Positions 11,914 to 21,557 of a DNA stretch of 23,201 nucleotides are shown one piece after another. The stretch covers positions 1 through 23,201 of the forward strand of contig NW_021836611.1 in NCBI RefSeq assembly GCF_006345805.1. Reading direction: 5' to 3'. The stretch is from Octopus sinensis. Taxonomy: Eukaryota. The translations under genes and the position numbers were made by a program. Positions within the stretch are counted from its first letter, which is position 1, and each line of letters starts with the position of its first letter. Under the pieces are notes generated by a model that saw only the letters and a list, made by a program, of their open reading frames with translations, was not told the origin of the DNA and searched no databases.

Positions 11914-12089
11914 AGAATCTAGGTTTAGTGGTAGTTGTAGTAGTAGTAGGAGGAGGAGGAGGAGGGGCAGCAGCAGAGCAGTTTGACAAAGAACTGAACT
12001 TTTGAGATGCTACAAATAGTTACCTATTAAATTTGTAAATTAGAGCATTTCTGAGTATTGAAAAAACAAAAACAAAAAAAAACCCCACT

Positions 12090-12268
12090 GCTTTGCAGTA
12101 TTTGTTTTGTCATCTTAGTATTTGTGAGTTCAAATTCCACCAAGGTCACAATTCACAGTTCATCCTTCTGGGGTTATCAAAACAAAGTATCTGTCAGGTA
12201 CTTGGGTAATTATTCAACTAAGCCACTCAAACCACCAAAATTTCTGACCCTGTGCTTTTGCTAGGAAC

Positions 12269-12269
<1 letters not shown>
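12090..12269 (+). mobile_element. Decayed copy of the main SINE family
   Basis: GAGTTCAAATTCCACCAAGGTCA, TTCATCCTTCTGGGG, tail followed by (ATT)n. Confidence 0.65.
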
Positions 12270-12305
<36 letters not shown>

Positions 12306-12553
12306 GAGCGAGAGAGCAGTGCATGCCATCAAAGTGACACGGGTAAAATATATGAAGCCCAGTATACCCATCATGACTATCCATCTGAAAAGGGTACACC
12401 AGGTACATGCATCACAACCATATGTGCATGACATGGTGATCTCATATCAAGATAAACAGCACATGACCTTGCAGGTGGGGGCCCAGTTAGAATGTTTTTC
12501 TGGATGAGTAACCCATCCCACTCAAAAGGTCCCTGAATAAGGGTTGTTTAAGG
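12306..12553 (-). mobile_element. Second, shorter copy of the (AAT)n-tailed retroposon 3' fragment
   Basis: Matches 845-1095; (ATT)n on both sides. Confidence 0.75.
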
Positions 12554-12605
12554 ATTATTATTATTATTATTATTATTATTATTGTTATTGTTATTATCAT
12601 TATTT

Positions 12606-12790
12606 TAGTGATCTGGCAGAATCGTTAGCACAGTGGGTGAAATGTTTAGTGGTTCAAATTCCGCTGAACTCAACTTTGCCTTTCATGCTTTCGGGGTCAA
12701 TAAAATAAGTACCAGTGAGACACTAGGGTTGATATAATCAACTGGTCCCTTCCTACCGAAATTTAAGGCCTCATGCCTATAGTAAAAAGA

Positions 12791-12837
<47 letters not shown>

Positions 12838-13061
12838 CATTATTTTATAAGGTGGCAAGCTGGCAGAATTACTAGCGCATGAGATGAAATGCTTAGCGGT
12901 ATTTCACCTGTCACTACATTCTGTGTTCAAATTCCGCCGTGTTCAACTTTACTTTCATGCTTTCGGGGTCAATAAAATAAGTACCAGTTAAACATTGGGG
13001 TAAATGTAATCGACTGATCCCCTCCTCCAAAACTGCTGCACTTGTGGCAAAATTTGAAACC
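12606..13061 (+). mobile_element. Two tandem copies of the main SINE family (12606-12790 with internal deletion; 12848-13061)
   Basis: Heads, B boxes, core and (ATT)n tails visible; second copy has the tail variant ending AAATTTGAAACC. Confidence 0.85.
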
Positions 13062-13086
13062 ATTATTATTATTATTATTATTATTA

Positions 13087-13263
13087 TTGACAACCAATGC
13101 TGGTGTGTTTATGTCCCCGTAACTTAGCGGGTCGGCAAAAGAGACTGATAGAATAAGTACTAAGCTTACAAAGAATAAGTCCTGGGATCAATTTGCTCGA
13201 CTAAAGGCAATGCTCCAGCATGGCAACAGACAAATGACTGAAGCAAGTAAAAGAGTAAAAGAG
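13087..13263 (+). mobile_element. 3' part of a third SINE-like family
   Basis: GATAGAATAAGTAC...GCTCCAGCATGG...CAAATGACTGAA.CAAGTAAAAGAG; inverted copy at 13380-13473 and decayed copy at ~17990-18200. Confidence 0.75.
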
Positions 13264-13379
13264 ACTTTTACCCTTCCCTTCTAAAAAATTTCTGACTCCG
13301 TGTCAGAATTAGTAAGAATTATTATTTCAATAAGAATTCTTAGTGGAATCGCTTCAGCCTCTCGGCTATGTCTAATGAC

Positions 13380-13473
13380 TTACTCTTTTACTTGTTTCAG
13401 TCATTTGACTGTGGCCATGCTGGAGCACCGCCTTTAGTTGAAGAAATCGACCCCAGGACTTATTCTTTGTAAG
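13380..13473 (-). mobile_element. Inverted 3' fragment of the third SINE-like family
   Basis: Reverse complement of 13165-13258; 10 mismatches in 94 nt by manual alignment. Confidence 0.8.
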
Positions 13474-13924
13474 ATGTGCTGCGACATCTGTTTCGAAATA
13501 CACAAGATCTACACCTTTCGTTAGTCTACAAAAGTTTCCCATCATCATATAGCATTACATTATAGGTTCCACCACTACCACCACCACCACCACCACCACC
13601 ACCACCACTACTACTACTTTGTTTGCATTCTTGGAGACATGTGGAGAAATGCCACCCCAGGGATAAGCCACACACATTAACACCAATGGTTCTCTTTCTG
13701 TTTAACCTTTGTTGTTGTTGTTATTGTTGTTGTTTGCACTTATTCATTATTACTCAGCCTTTCTTTCCTTGCTTCCTTTCTTTCTTTCTTTCTTTTCTTT
13801 CTACCCTTTCTTCTCTCCTATCCTCACCCATCACCTTACTCTTCTATTCCCGTTTCTATAGAATCTCTTTATTTTCTAAACCATGTTCAGTAAATGGACC
13901 GAAACTGTATAAAAATTAGAAAAT

Positions 13925-14680
13925 TGAGCAAAACATCTCGGCAGTATTTAGTTAGGAACCTTTATGATATGAGTTCAAATTACATCAAGATTTATTTCAT
14001 CTCCCAGTCTTTCAGTGGTTATTATATAAGGTGGTGAGTTGGCAGAATCGTTAGCACACCAGGCAAAATGCTAAATGGTATTTTGTCTGCCACTACATTC
14101 TGAGTTCAAATTCCGCTGAGGTCATAAGGCAGCAAGTTGGCAGAATTGTTAGCAGACCGAGCAAAATGCTTAACGGCATTTTGTCTGTCCTCGTGTTCTG
14201 AGTTCAAATTCTGCCAAAGTCAACTTTGCCTTTCATCCTTTCAGAGTTGTTAAAATAAGTACCAGTGAACCACTGGAGTCAATGTAATCAACGAGCCCTC
14301 TCCCCTTAAATTTCAGGCCTTGTACCTTTAGTAGAAAGGGTTGTTATCATTATTAAGGTGCTGAGCTAAGAAAATTTTTAGCAAAATGCTCAGCGGCATT
14401 TCACCCATGTCCTGAGTTCAAATGTCATTAAGGTTCTAAGGTTGACTTTGCCTTTCATCCTCTCAGGGTCTATAAAATGAGAAATGGTTGAGCCCCAACT
14501 TTTGCTTCACACCTATTGTAGACAGGATTATCATTATTATTATTATTAAGAGCAGGTGATTGGAAAATCAGTGGAGCATCAAAACCAACATGCGTTGTGA
14601 GTTTAGTTCAGTCCTTTTATGTTCCGAGATCAAATCATACCAAGGTTGACTTTACCTTTCATCCTTCTGCGGGTCCTTAT
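13925..14680 (+). mobile_element. Chain of five main-family SINE units (13925-14005 decayed; 14026-14123 head only; 14124-14339 full; 14353-14527; 14547-14680)
   Basis: Repeated TGGCAGAAT, GAGTTCAAAT and GACTTTGCCTTTCATCCT motifs. Confidence 0.8.
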
Positions 14681-15221
14681 TATTATTATTATTAATATTA
14701 TTATTATTATTATTATTATTATTGTTATTATTATTATTATTATTATTGATTATAAGCTTTGTGCCTTGTGGTACCCCCTCACCCTCATAGCAACCCCTCA
14801 TCCCTATGAGAACCTGTTGGCTTTGTTGCAACTCATTGCAACACATGGGAACATAAAGGTAGCTCTGTTATTACTATTATGTACTTAATACTAAATTTAC
14901 TGTTGTTGTTGTTGTTGTTTTTGTTGTTGATGATGTTAAATGGTTCACCAGAAAGTCAGTTTGCACCTGGTTGCATCTTTGTTGCGTTGCAAGTTCATAC
15001 CATGCACTTGACTGTAGCAGTGTTTTGAGTACATACAATGCATTTGACTTTAGCATGATCAGGAGTTCATATCATATACATCAAGTTAGAGAATTAATCT
15101 ACACATAAAGCCTTCAGTTTACTGTGAAATTATAAATGCATTTATTAGAGATACATCTTGTAAGTTTATCATATTTTCTAGGCCCATGAACCCATATTTA
15201 TATATATATATATATATATAT

Positions 15222-15513
15222 AGATGAGAAAGTTGGTTTGTGAAAGCATGTGGTTGAATATATAGAAAATAGTAAAAAGTGAAAAAACTACAGAAGGCTA
15301 GTTTTAAAGGGTTAAAAAATATATATTTGAGTCAATATGTCTGAAGAATGTTATAAATTTTTTTCATACAATGACATAGTTTAGAAGAAACTTTTTAACT
15401 ATGTCATTGTATGAAAAAAATTTATAACATTCTTCAGACATATTGACTCAATATATATTTTTTAACCTTTTAAAACAAGCCTTCTGTAGTTTTTTCACTT
15501 TTTACTATTTTCT
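15222..15513. mobile_element. (TA)n-flanked element containing a ~118-bp fold-back; putative Penelope-like remnant
   Basis: Arms 15264-15381 and 15397-15513, 15-nt loop, 2 mismatches plus 1 indel. The palindrome is certain; the PLE assignment is inference. Confidence 0.55.
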
Positions 15514-15552
15514 CTCTCTCTCTATCTCTCTATATATATATATATATATATG

Positions 15553-15815
15553 TTGATAAAAATGGTAAGAAAACAAAAGAATGAAAGAGACCTTGATATT
15601 ATGTAAATAGAGGAATTTGTCTGTAAATATATATAATATGTGACAATTATTCAGTAGCCATGATAAAACTCCGAGTTTTTGATGCCGGGGTGGAAATCCA
15701 TGTTGCCATCTCGAGATGGCACAGTGAATAAATATATTTAAAGGGAATAATTATAAATTTTTCCCTTATGATTACTTGATAAATTCTTATAAGGAATTTA
15801 TCCTTTCTAAATTTT
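15553..15815 (-). mobile_element. (TA)n-flanked element with a decayed hammerhead-like motif; putative Penelope-like terminal repeat remnant
   Basis: Minus strand GA-GATG...CATC-AAAAAC-TCGGAG-TT-TTATC; 18-bp perfect palindrome at 15704-15721. Confidence 0.5.
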
Positions 15816-16020
15816 ATATATATATATATATATCTATATATATATATATATTATATATAATATATATATATGCATATATATATATATATGCATATATATA
15901 TATATGCATATATATGTATGTATGTATGTATATGTATGTATATATATATATATGTATATATATGTATATATATGTATGTGTGTATGTATGTATGTAGATA
16001 GATTGACAGTTAGATAGATA
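15816..16020. repeat. (TA)n/(TATG)n tract
   Basis: Direct reading. Confidence 0.95.
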
Positions 16021-16077
16021 TAAATTTTTGTTGATTCACTGGAAGAAGTAAATTGAAAGACCCAATACAAATGTACA

Positions 16078-16170
16078 AAATATATGTCCGGTCATAGAGT
16101 GACCAATGGTTTCACATGGATTCACATCCACAAAGCATCCATTTATCACTCTATGCCTGGACATATATTT
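16078..16170. other. Isolated 32-bp imperfect hairpin (pri-miRNA-like or MITE remnant)
   Basis: Arms 16078-16109 and 16139-16170: 28 Watson-Crick pairs, 1 G-U pair and 3 mismatches on +. Confidence 0.6.
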
Positions 16171-16249
16171 AACTTCATGTTAATACATTGCTACTCAAAC
16201 TTTTAGTGTGTGTGCTTCTTTTTCGGGGGTATATGATCCATGGAAAATG

Positions 16250-16288
<39 letters not shown>

Positions 16289-16544
16289 GTATATATGCCT
16301 CACATCAATACAACAATGATAACCACATTGTACTGGATTGTGATTCTTGAATAAGCTGATGTGCTTCAAGAAGATACAGCTTGGATTTTATCCTACCTAA
16401 CCCTCCCTCCCACACATCATTTGTCAGAAGACCTTGTGCACCTACAAGAAAACCTCAGACTAACAAGAGACCCACTTGACCAAAATAAAATATCAATAGT
16501 CTCTACTATGGCATCATATAATCTTTTTCCTGACAAACACCAAC

Positions 16545-16592
16545 AAATACATACATATACATACACATACATATATATACACATATATACAT

Positions 16593-16651
<59 letters not shown>

Positions 16652-16723
16652 TATATATATGTGTGTGTGTATGTGTATGTATATATATATATTCACATAC
16701 AATCACACACTCACATGCACACA

Positions 16724-16764
<41 letters not shown>

Positions 16765-16770
16765 ACATCT
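16545..16770. repeat. (TA)n/(CA)n/(TG)n tract
   Basis: Direct reading. Confidence 0.95.
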
Positions 16771-16846
16771 TCCTCTCCTGCAAACATGAACCCACACATA
16801 GATTATGCACCATACTCTCTAACCTGGATGTTTTTGTTTTCAATTT

Positions 16847-16948
16847 GTTGTCATGGTTACACAAATGTTTTCCTGATGACACTCTGTTGCCAAGGGTACA
16901 CATGCCAATGCCAGTTCTTATTTCTTACGTTACTGTTGCCACGGAAAC
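16847..16948. promoter_or_regulatory. Cluster of three RFX X-box-like motifs
   Basis: GTTGTCATGGTTAC 16847-16860, GTTGCCAAGGGTAC 16886-16899, GTTGCCACGGAAAC 16935-16948. Confidence 0.45.
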
Positions 16949-17279
16949 AAATTAACTTTGATAACATCGCATATAACGATATAATTATCCAGCGTTTCTT
17001 TTTTCCTTGTGATGGGACAAGCCCATTGTTTATCTTCTTTTGTCTTCCAATTTGCAATTGTTACTGCATCAGGCTTGCATGTGCACATGTCTAACACAGC
17101 ATTCCAATTAGTGACATAGTTGTGGTTGTTGTTGTTGTTGCTGTTGTTGTTGTAGTAGTCTTTTACTCCCCACACTTACCTCTCAAACTGCTCCCAGATC
17201 GGTGAGGTTCATATGCTGCCCCTGACCCAGTTCAGCTTTAATTTAAAGGCAGATCTTACAGTCAAGGGCATGCACACCA

Positions 17280-17770
17280 ACCATGACCATCCACACCACG
17301 ACCAGCATGTCTTTGTTATCATCATCATTGTCATCGTATTCACCATCATCACAATCGTCCTCATCATGATTATCATGATCATAATCATCATCATCATCGT
17401 TATTCGATCGTCGTTATTCTCATGGCCACCATCAGCTCCACCACCACCACCACCACCACACCACCACCACCACCACCACACCACCACCACCACCGCTACT
17501 ACCACCCTCCCACCTGCAGCATCAGCATCACCTCCTCGACGACCATCATCATCATCATCATCATCAGTATCATCATCGCTAATATTATCATTGTCATTAC
17601 CAACCCCACTATCATCACCAGCATCAGCATCAGCAGCAGCATCATCACCCTCCTGCCCCTCCTCCTCCTCCTCCTCATCATCATCATCCACACTATCATC
17701 ACCAGCAGCTGCAGTACCACCACCACCACCACCACCACCACCACCATCATCATGAGCAGTAGCAGCAGTA
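17280..17770. repeat. Compound (CAT)/(CAC)/(CAG)/(CTC) triplet tract
   Basis: Direct reading. Confidence 0.92.
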
Positions 17771-17989
17771 ATTATCTGCTAAATGAAACAAAACAATATT
17801 CTCCAACAATAAATTTCACTCTAAAACCCACTCAGGTGGGTTTTGTTATTATTATGGCCTCATCAGCAAAGTATCAGTGTCACCATACTTTCTGAAGTGG
17901 CGATTAGAAAATTGCGGGACATTAATTGGTGTAAGGAAATAGATTATTTGGAGAATTAATTAGGTAATGACAAATAGCATTAGTGTTTA

Positions 17990-18200
17990 ATTTTTACTTT
18001 TTACCATCATTGGACTACTGCCATGCTGGAGCATGACCTTGAAGAGTTTAATTGAACAAATCAACCTCAGTACTTATCTTTTAAAATTTAGTACTTAATA
18101 CGTTAGTGTCTTTTGTTGAACTGCTAAGTTATGAGAATGTAAACAAACCAGCACCGGTTGTCAAATGATGGTGGTGAGGTGGACAAATATAAAGACAAAG
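17990..18200 (-). mobile_element. Decayed copy of the third SINE-like family
   Basis: GCCATGCTGGAGCA...GAACTGCTAAGTTA...ACCAGCACCGGTTGTCAA resembles the reverse complement of 13087-13263. Confidence 0.65.
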
Positions 18201-18227
18201 ACATACATTATACATATAATATATATG

Positions 18228-18270
<43 letters not shown>

Positions 18271-18504
18271 TATATAATATATATATATGTATGTGTGTGT
18301 ATATATACATATATGTGTGTGTGCATGCATATAATAGACAAAATAATCAGCAAAAAACTGGTGTATTTTTCAAAACTTTAAAGCAACATACACATGTTTC
18401 AAAAAAATGATGAGATGATTACGCGATAGTAGCAGAAGTATTATGCAATCATGTACTGTATCTCATCAGTGTCCTGCAATAAAGCTTGTGCGCAGTTTCC
18501 TTTG

Positions 18505-18627
18505 TTTACTAAATTTACTCACAAAGCATTGGTCAGCTTGGAGCTGTAGTAGAAATACTTGCTCAAGATGCCCAACAACTTGGTTGAAAAGCAAACATTT
18601 CAACCACACAGCTACACCTGCACCTAT
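18505..18627 (-). mobile_element. Decayed tRNA-derived SINE 5' fragment (fourth family)
   Basis: Minus strand AGGTGCAGGTGTAGCTGTGTGGTTGAAATG.. head; + strand CTCACAAAGCATTGGTCAGC..TAGTAGAA..ACTTGCTCAAG recognised from memory as an octopus SINE segment. Confidence 0.55.
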
Positions 18628-18836
18628 ACATGTCAACTAGAAATAATTACATAGCTATATGGCTGTATGTAAAATGCATGATGGTACATGGAAAACAGAG
18701 ATATGATTTGAATGAATGTGGAAGATGGGTGGTAGTTAAAGAGATATAAGGATGAGTATGGTCATGTTCAATGTGCTGTGTTAACTTAAAATGAAGGAGA
18801 GAGTGTAAGTGTATTTAGAGAATGGCTGGGTATTAA

Positions 18837-19060
18837 CCCTTTCTTTGCTATATTTCTGTTGGAATATATTACCTTTGTTGCAATTAATTTTGAAAAGAAT
18901 GAAGAATTTTGTACTGTAACTTTAGTATTATTAAACAGGTGTTTGGAACGTGAGTTTCTGTAAAATTTTGATTGAAGGTTTTATTGAAGATCACTTTAAA
19001 AGCAAGGTGTTGCTATCATAGAGCTAAGTACAATTTCAGGTGGGTTGGTATCAAAAGAGT
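18837..19060. mobile_element. Uninterrupted, decayed piggyBac-like MITE
   Basis: TTAA|CCCTTTC start (18833-18840); end GTTGGTATCAAAAGAGT|TTAA; internal similarity to 8581-8750. Confidence 0.65.
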
Positions 19061-19308
19061 TTAAGATTATCAGTTGATGTAATCAAGAGTGGAATTGATG
19101 CTGACATTGATATGGGACATGTGATGCTCAAAAACAAAAAAAAGAGCATTGCAGTGTTTCGCTTTGTTTTTTTTGTGTTGTCTGTTGTCGTGGAAATACA
19201 TTCTTGCTATTGTATGTGTATAGTGCTTATGTGTATGTGTATAGTGCTTAGTGGTGTATGTTTTGTGTAAGTCAGCTAGTATTATTAATGCTAATATATA
19301 TTGCTCAA

Positions 19309-19987
19309 AAGGTGGTGAGCTGGCGGAAACGTTAGCATGCCAGGTGAAATACTTAGCGGTATTTCATCAGTCAATATTCTGAGTTCAAATTCTGCTGAGG
19401 TCGACTTTGCCTTGCATCCTTTTGGGGTCGATAAATTAAGTACCGGTTGCATACTGGAGTCAATCTAATTGACAGGCCCTCTCCCCAAAAACTTTGTGTG
19501 CCTAGAGTAGAAAATAATATTATTTTATCAAGAAGGTGGCAAGCTGGCAGAGACATTAGCATGCGGGGCAAAATGCTTAGCAGTATTTCGTCTGTCTTTA
19601 CGTTCGGAGTTCAAATTCTGCCGAGGTCAACTTTGCCTTGCATTTTTTTGAAGGTCGATAAATTAAGTGTCAGTTACGCACTGGGGTCGATCTAACCGAC
19701 TGGCCCCCTCCCCCAAAATTTTGGGCCTTGTTCCTAGAGTAGAAAAGATTATTATCTTAGTAAGAAGGCAGTGAGATGGCAGAAACATTAGCATGCCAGG
19801 TGAAAAAATGCTTAGCAGTATTTCGTTAGTCATTATATTCTGAGTTCAAATTCTGCCGAGGTCGACTTTGCCTTTCGTCCTTTCGGGGTTGATAAATTAA
19901 ATGCCAGTTACATACTGGAGTTGATCTGATCGACTGGCCTCCTCCCCAAAATTTTTGGGCCTTGTGTCTAGAGTAGAAACGATTATT

Positions 19988-20055
<68 letters not shown>

Positions 20056-20245
20056 ATCGTTAGCATGCCAGACAAGATGCTTAGCTGTATTTCTTTCATC
20101 TTAACGTTCTGAGTTTAAATTCTGCTGCCGCCAACTTTGCTTTCCACCCTTTCAGGATTAATAAAATAAATAGCATTTGAGCACTGGGGGGTCGCTTTAA
20201 TCAACTTAGGTCCCTACACTAAAAACTGAACATTACCTTATGCCA
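19309..20245 (+). mobile_element. Head-to-tail chain of four main-family SINEs (19309-19514, 19533-19747, 19765-19980, 20054-20245)
   Basis: Four repeats of head, B box, core and tail with spacers of ~17-75 nt of ATT-like sequence. Confidence 0.9.
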
Positions 20246-20900
20246 AAATTTTTAACTATCATCATCATCATCATCATCATCACCAGCAGCAGCAATACCA
20301 TTATAAATAAATTTTGTTACCATCAAAATTTGCAACTTGATTTGGAAAATTTTCTTAGAGAGAGCATTCCTTATCAACTCAGTTAATTTTAAACTATCAT
20401 CATCATCATCAACAGCGGCAGCAGCAGCAACGGAGTGAATCAACTATGGAAACTTGCACTTGCAACAATCATGGTGACGTATGCGCCATATGTCACATCC
20501 TGTCGACGCCTCTCCTCACTTCATCATCAGCATCTTCTCTGTCCTTTATCTGAATCTTGACCATGTGTTTTTTTTTTTTGAAAGGAAGCCTGATATTTCA
20601 GTTTCTCACGGTTGGTTCCGAAACCCTGACTTGATCCAAGAAAAACTGTCCTAAAGTCCTGAAAAAGTAGCTGTTGGTCAACTCCAGAAATTAGATCCAG
20701 ATATTTTAGTGTGACCTAGTGTGACCACCTCCACTTCAATATATGTAAATTAAGCTTCATTCCATTGAAATTAATAATTTTTATTCCTATTATTGTAATT
20801 ATCATATCATTCTACACAATTTTTATAAGAGTCGTATCATTCATTCCAAACAAATTGATGACAAAGGTTTTAAAAAAAAATGGAAAAAAAAGATGATAAA

Positions 20901-21193
20901 TCAAAACAAAACAAGCAAAACATTTCCTGTCCTTTTATACAATTTACAAGCTTCCTCTTGCACACACACACACACACAAACACACATGCACATACACATA
21001 CACACAAACACACACACACACATACACACACATACACACACATACAGATATATATATATATATGTATAGATATTCATATGCACATGCACACATATGCATA
21101 CATGTATACATACATACATATATATGCATACACACACACATATAGTGTGTGTGTGTGTTTGTGTGTGTATATATATATATATTTATATATATA
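20901..21193. repeat. (CA)n/(TA)n/(TG)n tract
   Basis: Direct reading. Confidence 0.93.
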
Positions 21194-21440
21194 ATGTGAA
21201 ATAGAAAGATGAATAATCTTGTAGTAGATTAATCAAAAGTTTAACCGATACCTTAGTACAAAAATCACAGCAGTGAACAGCACGGTTGGAGGTACAACCA
21301 TCTGGCGTTGCAACCGTGCGTTGGTGGGATAATTGAAATTAAAACATTATTGGTGAATGAAGAAATGGAGCTGAACGCAGATTGAACAGAAACATCTGTT
21401 CAATCTGCGTTCAGCTCCATTTCTTCAATTCACCAATAAT
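21194..21440. mobile_element. (TA)n-flanked element ending in a 45-bp fold-back; putative Penelope-like remnant
   Basis: Arms 21346-21390 and 21395-21440 (1 indel, 4-nt loop); internal hairpin GCACGGTTG/CAACCGTGC at 21280-21319. Confidence 0.5.
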
Positions 21441-21516
21441 ATTTATATATATATAATACTATATTATATATATATTATAATATTATATATAATATATATA
21501 TTATTATATATATATA

Positions 21517-21557
<41 letters not shown>

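Noticed and set aside
14791-14858. Possible + strand 68-nt exon (TPHPYENLLALLQLIATHGNIK)
   Set aside because: Plausible acceptor but moderate donor, no recognised homology and no supported partner exons; not called.
16361-16550. ORF segment [43 protein letters not shown]
   Set aside because: No recognisable motif, GTG start, and it runs into a dinucleotide tract.
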